DNA of 63,529 nucleotides, counting the filler, from Reclinomonas americana ATCC 50394 (Eukaryota), in assembly GCA_048213135.1 (NCBI GenBank). It is 15 parts of 15 records of this genome, joined end to end, with 100 filler letters (N's around TTAATTAATTAA, not from the genome) between each part and the next. Parts side by side here need not be neighbours in the genome. Positions count along the whole stretch, not along the records: positions 1 to 24,744 come from AFZH01017329.1; 14 more parts are not named here. The stretch is one strand, 5' to 3'. Below are positions 1-17,899 of the stretch, one piece after another. The notes under the pieces are model-generated. The model did no database searches. It was not told the DNA's origin and saw only the letters and a list, made by a program, of their open reading frames with translations. Position numbers and translations under genes: made by a program. Every line of letters starts with the position of its first letter. The stretch's first letter is position 1.

Positions 1-110
1 GTCGGCCGCCACGACGCGTCGCGTCGTACGTACGTCGGCGGCGACGACGTCGTTCGTGTAACGAACGAAGGACGTCGTCGCCGCCGACACGTCCTACTAC
101 GCGTACGAAC

Positions 111-172
<62 letters not shown>

Positions 173-222
173 TCGAGTGTCAGTGCGCGTGGCACGTAAA
201 ATGAGAAGGGCGCTTCCCCAGA

Positions 223-2601
223 TCACACACCTTGTGAGAACTTGTCGAGGGAATTGAGAGCGGTGGCACGGAGGGCCAGCGTGTCGGCATTGAGTGGATC
301 GACGGCCAGCATCTCGTTGCAGGCACGGATTCGCTCGCGTGGCGAGTCCACAGATCCCGGATGCTCTGCGCCAGTCCGCACCGGTGGCACCACTCGTGGA
401 GTGACAGCTGACAGAGCGGACGCGGCAGCAGTTGTCATGTCGTACTTTTTGCGCCTGGTCACGGCGGCCTTGGGCGGCGCCGTGTCCTCGCCAGTCGTGC
501 ACGTCAGCTGTGAGAATGACTCAGCCAGCTGACGCAGCCGCTGTCCGAGTTCGCGGACGTCGGGACGATTCGCGGGCTTTTGAGCCCAGCACTCCTGAAT
601 GAGATTCGACAAGGCGCTGTGCAGTGGGAGGATGAGTACGGAGGAAAGAGAAAACGGACAAGTCAACAGGAACGCAACATGGGACACGATGGGGGCACGT
701 GTGGACGAGAGCCGGAGAGAATGGCCTTGCGCAACCGCTGCATGTCAGACTCGTCCGCAAACGGTTCCTCCTTGCCACCCGTCACAATCTCCCACAGCAC
801 GAGTCCGAAAGAGTACACATCCGACGCCGGCGTGTACTCCTGCTTCGCCAGTGCCTCGGGTGCCGTCCACCGTACCGTGGCCGACCGGCGCTTCGTCCGG
901 CGCTCCGTCTCGTCACGCAAGTACTGCAGACCAAAGTCGCTCAACTTGGGCCTGTTCTGCTCGTCGACCAGAATGTTGCGGCTCTTCAGGTTGCAGTGCA
1001 CCATCTTCTGGTCATGCAGGTACGACAGGCCGGCGAGCGCGTCGGCCGCAAACAGCAGCAGGTGCTCGAGACGCCACACATTCGACTCGAGGAGGGTTTG
1101 TAGGCTGCCGTTCTGCGCCAGCTCCAGCACCATGCACGTGCTTCCGATATCGTCGCACACGCCAAAGCACGTGAGGATGTAGGGGTGCGCAAAGCGTCGC
1201 ATCTCGGCGCACTCGCGCAGCAACTCACTACGCACAGCAATAGAGTGAGCACATGAAAAAGACACTGACTGACACGAGAGACGCGTGCACGCAACTTCAT
1301 CGACTCGCCCGACAGATTCTGGCACGCCAGCAGCTTGACGGCGACCGGCACGCCGTCCCACTCGCTGGCAAACACCTTGCCGTAGTCGCCGTAGCCGAAG
1401 CAGCGGCCGCGCACCAGATTGCCGCTGCCAATCACCTCAAAGGTCGCCAGACGACTGTACTCGTCCAGCGACTGAATGAGGCCCAGCACGGTGCGCTCGA
1501 GCACACCGGCGTCTTCCTGCCGCAGCAGGCGGCGCTCGGCCGACGACAACCACCGCCGCACTTCCACTCGCTTGGCCGGCAGCAAATCATCCTGCCCGCT
1601 GGCCGCCGCCCGCTGCACAATCTCCAGCACACGATCCAACAGGCCGCAGAAATCCTCATCGCCACGGCGCACATGCCGCGCCAGCGCCTGCAGCCGAATG
1701 ATGCTCCACTCAATCTGCACCAGCTTGTCGGTCTGCGACCACTTGAACCGCTCCGCCGTCTTCAGCAACTCGCCGCGCAGCTGATCAATGCTCGCCAACT
1801 GTGTCTGCTCCAGCAACGCCTGCCGCACATCCCGCAGCACCGCCGTCTCCTCGGCGTCCAGCAAGCTGCCGGGACGCATCACCTCCTCCATGAGCGCGAC
1901 AAACGCCGCTCGATCCTCCAGCTCATCGCGCTCATCCTCCTCCGCATCGACAAAGCGCGCGCGATGGTCGTCCAACGGAGTCCCAAACAGCGCCGACGAT
2001 GCGTACCACAACAGCGCCGACAACGAGCCAAACTCGCGCACAAACGACGAGCGCGTCAACGAATTGGCAAACCATCGTGGTGCCGTCAATTCGCCCTCGT
2101 CTTCCTCTACTGCTGTTGTTGTTGTCGCTGTTTCATGCTTGTTTGGTGTGGTTGGTGGTGTGGTGGTTGTGACTGGCCGACCGGCGGCGTCGAATGCTTG
2201 TGACCCGCTCGTCACAAACCGCGTGTGCTCGTCCACCAAGTGGAACGCCACACGCGCAATGTCAAATAGTTGTGTCAATGCAAGCAGCTCGTCCATTGAC
2301 ATTGACGAGGCTCTTGCCTCCATGCCTGTTTACCGAGAGAGAGAGAGAGAGGAGAGGGGAGGAAAATGGTTAACTAACAAAATAACAACATACTAACAAC
2401 GATATTTCCTGTGTGCGTCTTTTGTTGCTGCCGCTCTCTCTCTCTTTGTGTGTATGTGTGTGTGTGCGTACCTTCCAGGCTGTGTGAGACATAGAGAAGG
2501 CGTTGTGCCAGGCGCGCACACTTGCGTTTGTTGGCCAATGCCTGAGGCGCGAGCAACACTGTTCGAGTTGCCAGTTCCGGGACAAGTCGGATCAACTCCA
2601 T
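223..2601 (-). CDS. MLKL-like protein: N-terminal four-helix-bundle-like region, TKL-type (pseudo)kinase, start of a C-terminal TPR; spliced, 3' end incomplete
   Basis: ATG 2601; GT-AG intron 2471-2326 joins MELIRLVPELATRTVLLAPQALANKRKCARLAQRLLYVSHSLEG to MEARASS... Kinase motifs GYGDYGKV, VAVKLL, HCNLKSRNIL, SDFG, WTAPE, SDVYSFG. TPR-like ACNEMLAVDPLNADTLALRATALNSL follows. Confidence 0.8.
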
Positions 2602-2746
2602 TATTTTCTGCTGATATAAAGACTACGCTGCGTGTGTGTGTGTATGTGTGTGTGTGTGTGTGCACGAAGCGAGTGTGTAGTGTGTGGTCTTAGCTCCTGA
2701 CTGCCACTGAAAAAACCGCGTATGCACCGAAAAACCGCATTATCGT

Positions 2747-9256
<6,510 letters not shown>

Positions 9257-10255
9257 TTGCTTTATCCATCGCCAGCTCTACCCAGAGACGACACGACCGT
9301 GGCAGTCAGTAATAAGCGACTGCTGGGGGAGTTCGGAAGTCGGCAACAATAAATCCCAATCAGTCTGCGTTGTGGTGACGAACAACCAAATAATGAAACT
9401 CACAACGAAGCAGCAGTCGCAGTGTACCAGCATCACAGTGAGGAAGACGAAGGCGAGACAGACTTTGATGTTCGGAGGAATTCATGCATGTGTTTTGGCG
9501 ACCAAGCATGCAAGTGGCGACATTTGACGTCCTCTTTGGCTTAATGCAAGGCTGCAGACGTTCCTCGCTCGCATCCTCTGCCACTTCGTCTCGTTCGCAA
9601 TGTCGCTGCGCGTTGCACGAATTGGTGCACTTGTACGCACTCTCAGGCTGCAGCATCGAGTGGCCTTGTATGCTGCCGCTGCTGTGGCTGAATCTCACGA
9701 TGCAGCGCTGAAGCGAAGCAGCAAGAAAAACATGTAATGTCTATGACCAATACGACCGTTACGACTGGATGACTTTTCTCCACTTTTTCCACAAAATTTC
9801 ACTGGGTGCCTGAGACGTCGGTGTGTGCCTCAGACAACTTCCCCACGCGCAGAACTCACACCCCCGTGAAGAAGCAACGAGGTGCGTCTCTCCCTCTGTG
9901 TGTGTTGTGTGACAGAGATGTGTGTGGAAAATGAGCAGGCACGAGAATTCGTTGTATTTTCCGGTTGTTGTTGTGGTTGTTGCGCGCGCAAGTGGTGTGT
10001 GTGCCTCTCGTACCCCTCGCTCTCTCACTCAGTCGCACGTGTGTAACTCACACACACTGTCTCGCTTGTGTGTCGCTCCCTCCTCTAACGCGTGTGCACG
10101 TGTTTTGTGTCTTGCCTCTTTGTGTGTGTGTTGTCGTTGTGTCCCGTGTTGCTCAATAAGAAGAGACATTCTCTCTCACACACACGCTTGACTGTGTCGC
10201 AGGCGCGCACGCACACGCACGCACACACACACAAACAGGGGCAGGCTGGTGAACC

Positions 10256-13200
10256 ATGCGGACACTGCAGGATCTCAAGACTGTGGAAGTCATCAGGTCG
10301 AGAATGTCACGATCTTGACGTGCACGCGCGTGCTCGTTATTCACTCTTCTCACACGCACACACTTTCTCTCTCTGTTGCACACACACGCACAGAAAATGT
10401 GGTGTCCCCGGCCGCATTGTGTTGCACAAGGCGCAGCGGTTACGCTTGAAGGCGCTGGTGCCTCATATTGAGGTGCAGTAGTAGCTGATGTGCTGTCTTT
10501 TGTGCGTCTGTGGCTCATTTGCGTGAGCGGTGCACAGGACCCCACCAAGGACAGCGTGGTGGTCGAGGGCTCCAACGGCGAGAGCTTCAAGATCCGCGCC
10601 AAGTTCATCTGTGTGCCCGATGATCCAGTCCACACGGTCGGTGACAGGCGTCATCGCACGTGACGCGCACACGCCACACTCACTGCTGCGTACTGCCCAC
10701 AGCCACTCAACGAGCATCCACTGTGGGAGGAAATGGTGTGTGCCATCTCGCCCATTCGTGCAAGCACGCACAAGAAGTACTCGGAGAGCGAGAACCTCAG
10801 GTCGCTGCGTGATCTCAAGCGTGTCGAGGTCATTCGCAAGTGTGGTGTTGCTGGTGAGTCGCTTTTTCTTCCCCACGCCCTGGGACCGCAGCAGCGTACT
10901 CACTTTGTCTTTCACACACCACCCAACAGGCAAGATGAACTTCGTGCTCCGCTGCGGCCAGACGCTGACGCTGAAAAAGATCAATGTGGGAGCAGCGTCG
11001 GGCAACCGACAAAAGGACACGGTGACGGTGGAGATTGATGGCGCCAAGCGAATCCGCATCCGCGCCGAGTACGTGTGTGTGCCTGGCGACTCGAGCAAGA
11101 CTCCACTCAACATGCACCCACTGTGGCGACACATGATGGCCGAGGAGGATGACTTGCGAGGTGGCAGTCCGGCCAGTGCACGCTACACACCAGGCGGCGA
11201 TGCAGTGACTGTCGGTGCCTCTACCATTGACTCGTACTACTCGTCGGAGGGTGAGCCGCACGCTGTACCTGAACCGCCGCCCAAGCCCGTGCCACCCGTC
11301 GACCTCTACTTGTGGTACCTCAATGTCACCAACAAGCAAGTCTCGTCGGTGTTGCAGCTCTGTTGCGTGGCCCATCTCTCTTGCTGTTGTTGTTGTTGGT
11401 GGTGGTGGTGTGTCTCGCTTCTTTGGCACTCACAGACACGCACACGCCGTATAGTCACTTTGCGTGAGCTCGACGAGCTGCGACGGCTGCGTGACGCCTG
11501 GCACCAGGTCAACGGACTGCAGAGCCCGCTTGACGCCGAAGCCATTTCGTACTCGGAACTGGAACGCACCCTGATCCAGTCGGGCGAGACGGAGATCTTT
11601 GAGGATACAGTGCAGGCCATTTTTGAGGTTGTCGGCGGCCACGGTTGTGAGACGGTGAATCGCTCGTCGTTTGACTTGGCTTTGGCGTTTTTGTGCGCCT
11701 CGTCGGCCACGGAGCGCTACCGCGCCGTCATGTCGCTGGTGGTCGGCGACGCCAATCACATGGATCAGGAGCAGTTTGGTCTGTTCTTGCGCATGATGCT
11801 GGTGGACGGACCGGTGAGTGCGGGGGGGTTGTTGCATCCAAAAAGAAAACATGTCATACTCACCTTCGCCCACTCCATTAGTACACGCTGGCTTCGGTGG
11901 CCCTGGCATTGAGTGACGCGTCGTCGCCGGCGTTTGCCGCGCTCGAGAAGGTGGTGCTGACGTTTGAGAGCAACATTGATTTGCTGGATGAGTATTCGCG
12001 GGATGCGGCCGACGAGTTGTTTGAGGAGATCGACATGGCCGGTGAAGGCATTATCTCCACCGAGGACTTTTGGATGGTCTTCCGCATTGCCGACGAGTAC
12101 TGGGAGCAGGTACTGGCGACGCACAAACTGGTCGATCCGATTGTGTCGTCTGTTTACGTTGCGTGCAACTCCTCGCTGCTAGATATCTCTGTTCGAGTGG
12201 TGGAATTGACTGGGTGATGGTGATGGTGGTGGTGCAGGACTCGTCGTGCCTCGCTCGCGCTCTGGCGTCGCGGACTCTGGACCCCGTGTTTGAGGCCACT
12301 GTGTTTGACGACACGGCGGCAGACGACCAGCTCCCTCCTGGCGCTCTGACGGAGACCGAGGCCGCGGCCAAGCGTGAGGAGCAAGCGGCGCGACGGGAAC
12401 ACGAGAACCGTATGCGTGTCGAGCGGCTAGCAGAGCTCAGGCGACGTCTGGGCGACCTGGTTCGCGACTACAACTTTGGCGCCCCCACAGCACTCACCGA
12501 CATTCTGTTTGATCTCGAGGAGCTCATTGAGGGTGCGTGCACCGCTCGTTCCGCACTTTGCCATCATGTGTTTGTGCGACTCATGCCCACCCCTCCCTGT
12601 TTCTCTCTTTTTTTCCCGTGTGCACAGCCCCGCGCTCTGACTTTGAGTACGAGTGGCTGCCGTCGCAGCGAGCGGCGTATGTGAGTTCAGTGGTCAACAT
12701 GTTGCTGTCGTGCGTGGAGCCGAGTACGGCTCGCGCACAGCTCAAGAAGAGTGGCGACGACAGCAGCACCGCCGCTGACGCCAGCACCGTTGACCCGCAG
12801 CAACTGTCGAACTGGCCAATGATGCTCACGCGTCTCATGGTGGACCAGCGCCTGTCACGACGCGATCGACCAGTGTTTTTGTGGACGCAGCGCTTTGTGA
12901 TGCAGCTGATGCAGAGCGTGCGCGAGCTGTGTGAACCCGCACTCTTGACACGGCTGCAGACGGCGCTGGCCGACGGTGGCGCTGTGCAGACCCTTGGACG
13001 ACACCTCTTCCTCGGCCAGTCGGCCGTGCAGTGCCTCGAGGGTCTCCTCACCAATCGTTGCGCCTCTCTTGTTGTCTCGCATGCGGGAGATGTATGTCAC
13101 TGACGCGGATGAAAAATAGATCTCGGCAACCAGGTGTTGTGGGCGTCGGGTGGTGGAGCCGAGGATCTGATGAAGCGACTGGAGCTGTCACCACGCGGCT

Positions 13201-14206
13201 CCGACGATGCCAACTTGCTGTTGCGAGTTGTGTCGGCGTGTCTCTCGGGTGGCCGACCGTCGTCGGTGGTGACGGCGGTGCTGGCCCGCAGCGGCTTGCT
13301 CGGCTATCTGTCACACGACCTGACACACTGGTCGCACTCGCGGCGGTATCGAGCGCTGGCGCTCCTCAGTTCGTGGGTGTGCGGCGGCGAGGCGGCGTGC
13401 TTGGATGTGGCGCAGTGCGGCTTCATTTTGCCGGCGCTGCTGGAGCTGCTGAAGCTGGACGAGCAGATACCGATTGAGCCACTGGTGCCTACGGAGCCGC
13501 CGGCAGAGTTCACACTGGCCGGCGGCTCGCATGTGTACGAGGATCCGTACGTCAGCGACCGTGAGCATGTGGCGCACTCGATGAAGACGTGCTTCCACCG
13601 ACTGGCCTCCACGTACGACTTTGCGGAGCACGCGGCTGTGCTGCGTGTGCTGGCGACAACGATGCGATGCGGACTCGGCGCCGCCCAAGAGCTGTCGCGT
13701 GATGCCGGAGTCGGACGAGCGCTGGTCGCCTTTGTGCCGCACCACATGGAGAAGCGCACCGTCGCCACGCTTACCGAGGCATTTGAGGCGTTGCATTACT
13801 TTGCCGTGGCCAGTTGCGTTTCTACTGCCACAGCCTCTCTCTCTCCTCACTGACACTGACGAACCACAAAAAAAAAACGCGTGCAGATCCAGCGAATCAG
13901 AACGACCTGCTCGACGCCGACGTGTGGCGAGCAGTACGCGAGGCTCTGCAGGCGATGAATCACGCGGAGAGTGGCGTGGCCACCCATCGACTACTGTACC
14001 TGACGTGTTTGGTGTGCTACGCACTGGTGCCTCTGCTGGAGAGCGACGACGCGGCTGCGCAGGCCCGGGCCAGACGAGAAGCCATCTCCAACCACTTGTC
14101 GTCGCACCTGTCGCTGGCCATGCACGCCACCGAATTCGGCTCCGTCCCCGACAAGTTGCAGAGCGCCACCACCATCTGCTCCATGGTGCTGGGCACAAGA
14201 ATCTAG
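10256..14206 (+). CDS. Uncharacterised protein: two tandem ~85-aa N-terminal domains, EF-hand region, ARM/HEAT-like helical C-terminus
   Basis: Exons splice to MRTLQDLKTVEVIRKCG...; EF-hand-like LFEEIDMAGEGIISTEDF; Leu-rich helical repeats at 12.6-14.2 kb; stop TAG 14204-14206. Confidence 0.7.
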
Positions 14207-14690
14207 AGCGCGTTGTGCCTTTGCAGCCACCGTCCGTCTTCCCATTTGCCTCCCGTATTTCTTTCCTTCCTCCCGTGTATTCTCTCTCTCTCTCTCTTGT
14301 GTCTTGCTTCCTTAAGTTGCCTTGTCTTCCCTCTCTTTTTTTCACTCCCCACCTTATAACAGCCGTACTCGACGGCGAATGTAAACCGCCGAGCATTTTG
14401 TTTGAAGTCGCGCGCATGCGGGATGGGCGCAGCGCCTTTGCCCTCGCAATGGAAGTCGCCGCGCTTTTTGATCAGTCTTTCCCTCCTGGTTTCCGGTGGT
14501 TAAGACAAGGTTGGCTGACAGCGCCGAGGTCTTTGAAGTTGTGAAAGGTCTTGGAAGTTAAGTTTGCGCTTGCAAAAGTCCTATCATTTTTTCTTGCATC
14601 GCCGGTGAGCCAACCTCTCCCCCTTTTTTCCTCTTTTCCCTCCTCCTCCTCCCTTTCTCTGTGTTTATGTATGTGCTTGGGGTGGCCCTT

Positions 14691-14763
14691 ATGATGGTAC
14701 ATGCATGGACTGAAGCGCACGTCACGTACGCTGCGCCTGGGATGTCATTTTTGTTTTTGCTGA
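14691..14763 (+). ncRNA. Box C/D snoRNA, guide to SSU rRNA ~49-58 (predicted U52, yeast numbering)
   Basis: C ATGATGG, guide ACATGCATGG (14699-14708), D' CTGA 14710-14713, D CTGA 14760-14763, terminal stem TGGCCCT/AGGGTCG. Confidence 0.7.
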
Positions 14764-15173
14764 AGGGTCGCAACCTCGCACCGTGCTGCGCCTTTGTCGA
14801 AAGAGAGAGTACTGCCCTCCCGTCTTCATTCGCCCTCGTCTCCTCTCCTCTCCTCTCCGCTCTGCTGCCTTGTTTTGTTGTTGTGGGTGTGGTGCTGATG
14901 CACATGCACATGCACATGACCTGCCACCACCAAACTTTGTGCACTCTTTTTTCTCTCCATGTGCGTCTGTGGGTCGGGGCGGGGCATGCCAACTGTGATG
15001 GTGCGTTGCCCGTGTGCTCACTCTGTTTTGCTCGACGCAGAATGCCGACTATGACGAAGACGTGATTATGCAACACGGACAACCACAACCGCACTTGCCA
15101 ATGTGTGCTGCGCGCCACGAGTGAACGCAATAAGGTGAGGCGCTGTGTGTGTGTGTGTGTTTTTCCTTTCCTT

Positions 15174-15264
15174 GTGCATGATGTACATGGCCGACCATGG
15201 CGTTTGCCACTCGCGTACATAACCAGCCCTCAGCGCTCTTGCTGTGTGCTGCTGGGTCAATTGA
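15174..15264 (+). ncRNA. Possible small structured RNA in host intron 2 (H/ACA-like or degenerate C/D)
   Basis: Hairpin, ANANNA (ACATAA 15217-15222), second hairpin CCAGC..GCTGG; no canonical ACA. Alternative reading ATGATGT...TTGA. Confidence 0.3.
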
Positions 15265-15493
15265 ACGCGTAGATCCCTCATTCTTCCTCCTTGTGTCTGT
15301 TTCTCTTGCTCTCTGTCATCGTGCATTTTCCCTCTGCCCAAGTACTGATGTCTGTTCGGTTTTTTCTGCTGACCAGAGACGAGCGTGGCGATGAGACCAG
15401 GCTGCAGCACCGGGGTCGTCGACAGTGGGGTGAGTGTGATGCGTGTGTGCAGGCAGAGAGCCACTTTGCCCCCTCGTGTGTGTGCACTTCTTA

Positions 15494-15559
15494 GTGATGC
15501 ATTTTTACAAGCATATGAGTGATTCCTACGGGAAGTTGAGCACCTACCAAGATCTCTGA
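15494..15559 (+). ncRNA. Box C/D snoRNA, dual guide: SSU Am28 (snR74/U27-type) and LSU Cm1437 (snR24/U24-type)
   Basis: C GTGATGC; ACAAGCATATGA (15507-15518) complementary to SSU UCAUAUGCUUGU before D' GTGA; TACCAAGATCT (15545-15555) complementary to LSU AGAUCUUGGUG before D CTGA. Confidence 0.88.
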
Positions 15560-15757
15560 AACAATGTGCACCACTTCGTTGCTGCTTGACGTGCACTGTG
15601 AGAGAGCGATGTGATGTCTAATGAGTTTGTGTGTGCTGATTGCAGGATATCCTCGTCAAGTGCCTCTGCACGGGCCACGACATGTATGACGAAGAGAGGT
15701 GAGTGTTGTGGGAAGAATGTGTGTGTGTGGACACACAAAGCGGGAGAGATTGCATCG

Positions 15758-15831
15758 GAGATGATTTCCATTTCTAAAGACACGACTCGAAAGAAGTATG
15801 AGTGATCTTTACTAGTTTCAGCCTTATCTGA
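15758..15831 (+). ncRNA. Box C/D snoRNA, guide for SSU Gm1126 (snR41-type)
   Basis: AGTTTCAGCCTT (15814-15825) complementary to SSU AAGGCUGAAACU; D CTGA 15828-15831; variant C box GAGATGA; stem ATTGC/GCAAT. Confidence 0.8.
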
Positions 15832-16052
15832 GAGCAATGCACCGTCCACAAGGCGTGTTTGTGGTGTGAAGTGACACACGTGCTGATTTGTGTTTTTTTC
15901 CGCTTGGCAGATTATATTCGTGCTCCTTCTGTTGTCGCAACGGCCACTGCTCGCTCTCCCTGTCGAGGTTTGTGGAGGGCAGTGTTTCCCACCCTTTTTG
16001 CCTCTTTTCTTTTCCTCTACTCTTTTCCCCTTCCTCCTGTATGTGTGTTCGA

Positions 16053-16121
16053 ATGATGATAACGTGCTGCCCCAGTCTTAGGGTTGATGCTGATACAGCT
16101 TGACATTGCACGTCAGTCTGA
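16053..16121 (+). ncRNA. Box C/D snoRNA, dual guide: LSU Gm2619 (snR67/U31-type) and LSU Am876 (snR72-type)
   Basis: C ATGATGA; GTGCTGCCCCAG (16064-16075) vs LSU CUGGGGCGGCAC before D' CTTA; TTGCACGTCAG (16106-16116) vs LSU CUGACGUGCAA before D CTGA; stem GTTC/GAAC. Confidence 0.9.
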
Positions 16122-16365
16122 TGGAACCTCCTTTGTTGCTTTCCTTGCCGTCACACTTTCTTGGCTCTCCCTCGCTCTCTCTTTTTGTGCCGAAAGTGTT
16201 TTGGGGACGCTTGGCACTTGTTTTGGTGTTGACGGTGTGGCTGACATTTTGTCTGCCACTAGGTGTGCGTGCCGGCCCTGTGATCAGCTGACGACATGCG
16301 AGGTGATGGTGAGTGTGTGGATAGGAGTGTGTGTTTCAGCGTTCTCTTTTTGCCTGTGAGCGAGC

Positions 16366-16433
16366 GTGATGATAGTATTATTGTACTCCGAGAGATTCGT
16401 CTTGATGATGTCTTACAATCCTACTCATTCTGA
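16366..16433 (+). ncRNA. Box C/D snoRNA, probable guide to LSU AUGAGUAGGA
   Basis: C GTGATGA, D' CCGA, C' TGATGA, guide TCCTACTCAT (16419-16428), D CTGA, stem GAGCGA/TCGCTT. Confidence 0.82.
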
Positions 16434-16623
16434 TCGCTTATCTCTTCTCCTCGTGTTTCGTGTTCCTCTCTCCTGCCTCGGGCGCTAACAAGCTGCGTAC
16501 GCAGAGAATGCCACGCGTTTTTGTCGCCACCATCAGTGTTGTCGCTGCCTGCCGTACACCAGTGGTGAGTGTGGTACTGCATGTGGGAAGGAGAGAGTTC
16601 CACCCGTTTTGTGTCCGTTGCCC

Positions 16624-16682
16624 GTGATGCAATTACAATTATCCCTGGCTTAGCGAAATCGTGCTGATTTAAGAGCCACTGA
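16624..16682 (+). ncRNA. Box C/D snoRNA, guide for LSU Gm2815 (snR38-type)
   Basis: C GTGATGC; TTATCCCTG (16639-16647) vs LSU CAGGGAUAA before D' CTTA; C' GTGCTGA; D CTGA; stem GTTGCC/GGCAGC. Confidence 0.82.
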
Positions 16683-16951
16683 GGCAGCTTTCATTTCCTC
16701 CTTGTTTGTTTCCTGTTTCTTTCATTGCTGCTTGTTTTGGCTGGTTGGCTGATGTTGTTGTTGCGGTGCGCAGATGGAGTGCCCTCCAAGGTCAATCATC
16801 TCGGCTTTGCTGGTGAGTGTGCATGTACACATTTGTCTGTTTGTGTGTGTTGGTGCCAGAGATGGGCGTGGGGAGATGGTATCGAGAGGCAGAGTGTGAG
16901 CATAATGGTGTAAACGCCAAGTGATTATCACTTTCTGTCATAGACAACGTG

Positions 16952-17003
16952 GTGCTGAAAAACCCTTTCGACATGAGATGTATGATGGCTTGTTGCACCC
17001 TGA
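16952..17003 (+). ncRNA. Box C/D snoRNA, targets unassigned
   Basis: C GTGCTGA, D' ATGA, C' ATGATGG, D CTGA 17000-17003, stem AGACAAC/GTCGTCT; candidate guides CCCTTTCGAC and TTGTTGCAC. Confidence 0.65.
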
Positions 17004-17191
17004 GAGTCGTCTGTGTGTGTGCGTGTCACATGCATGGTGTGAGCGACTGTGTGCTGACCTCTGTGCTCCGATGCAGGTTGATTCACCACATTTTGGCATG
17101 CTGCTCCACCCGCTCCCAGGCTCCTTTTCTTCTTGATCCCGTTTTAAGGTGTGTGTTTTTACCGTCATTCCTTTCTTTCTTGTGGCTTGGA

Positions 17192-17276
17192 ATGAGGAAT
17201 TTGTGAGGAAGTGCCGTCCGAGCTACATCCTAAATAATTTTTTTGTTTGCCGATGACGTAAAAACTCACTCACTGA
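17192..17276 (+). ncRNA. SNORD49: Box C/D snoRNA, U49-type (LSU Cm in GUCGGCUCUUCCU)
   Basis: C ATGAGGA; AGGAAGTGCCGT (17206-17217) matches the human U49 guide as recalled, including its internal U-U mismatch; D' CCGA; D CTGA; stem GTGG/CCAC. Confidence 0.85.
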
Positions 17277-17486
17277 CCACCGACACGCATACTGTTCCAC
17301 CTCTACCTTTTTGCGTGTGTTTCTGATCCGCATATTGTTGAATTGACTTGATTTTGTTGGCGACGCAGATCTTGTGCGAGGACTAAGAGTGGCGTGTACG
17401 CAATGCGTGATGAAGTGCAGATGCGCCCTGTCGTTGGTGAGTAGGGTGTGGGTGATGGGTGGGAATATGTGTATTGGTTTGAGTTA

Positions 17487-17600
17487 AGGATGAATTCTAG
17501 TCATGTGCGTCAAATGAGTTGTCTTTACTGGCGGCCCACGACGAGTTATTCGGCGTGGTGTCTATCCGGTCTAGACATTGATTATATCAATGACTACTGA
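17487..17600 (+). ncRNA. Long, structured orphan box C/D snoRNA
   Basis: C-like AGGATGA, D CTGA 17597-17600, flanking stem GAGTT/AACTC, internal helices TAGTCAT/ATGACTA, CCACG/CGTGG, GTCTA/TAGAC. Confidence 0.6.
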
Positions 17601-17841
17601 ACGAAAACTCGCCTCCTTTTGTGTGTCTCTTTTGTCTTTGGGTGTACATGGAACTCGTGTTGGTTGTGGGGGAGTTCCAGCTGCCACTCACCTCCATTCT
17701 TTGTTGCGCTTGTCATGTGCAGAAGGCGGGTGGTGGCGACGTGCTGAGGTTGCTGTTGCGAGGACGAGCGTGTTTGTGCAACGAGTTTGGTGAGTCGCCG
17801 CTGGCATTATATAGTATTTGTTGGGTTTCTACTGCCGGGGA

Positions 17842-17899
17842 ATGCTGAAAACCTTACGACATCGCGATCCATTCTGTGAGCACTGTCTCGTTCGTCTGA
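17842..17899 (+). ncRNA. Box C/D snoRNA, guide for SSU A1326 (human Am1383, U30-type)
   Basis: C ATGCTGA; GTCTCGTTCGT (17885-17895) vs SSU ACGAACGAGAC; D CTGA; stem GGG/CCC. Confidence 0.82.

Noticed and set aside
1..110. Palindrome-like GTCG/ACGT-rich sequence (also ~24645-24744, ~32610-32700 and (ACGT)n at 39699-39778)
   Set aside because: It occurs only at contig ends beside microsatellites and follows the TACG cycle typical of pyrosequencing read-end noise; probably an artefact.
17487..17600. Identification as U3, U14, U13 or U8
   Set aside because: Lacks the U3 box A/5' domain, the U14 domain A/B sequences and the U13 SSU 3'-end complement.
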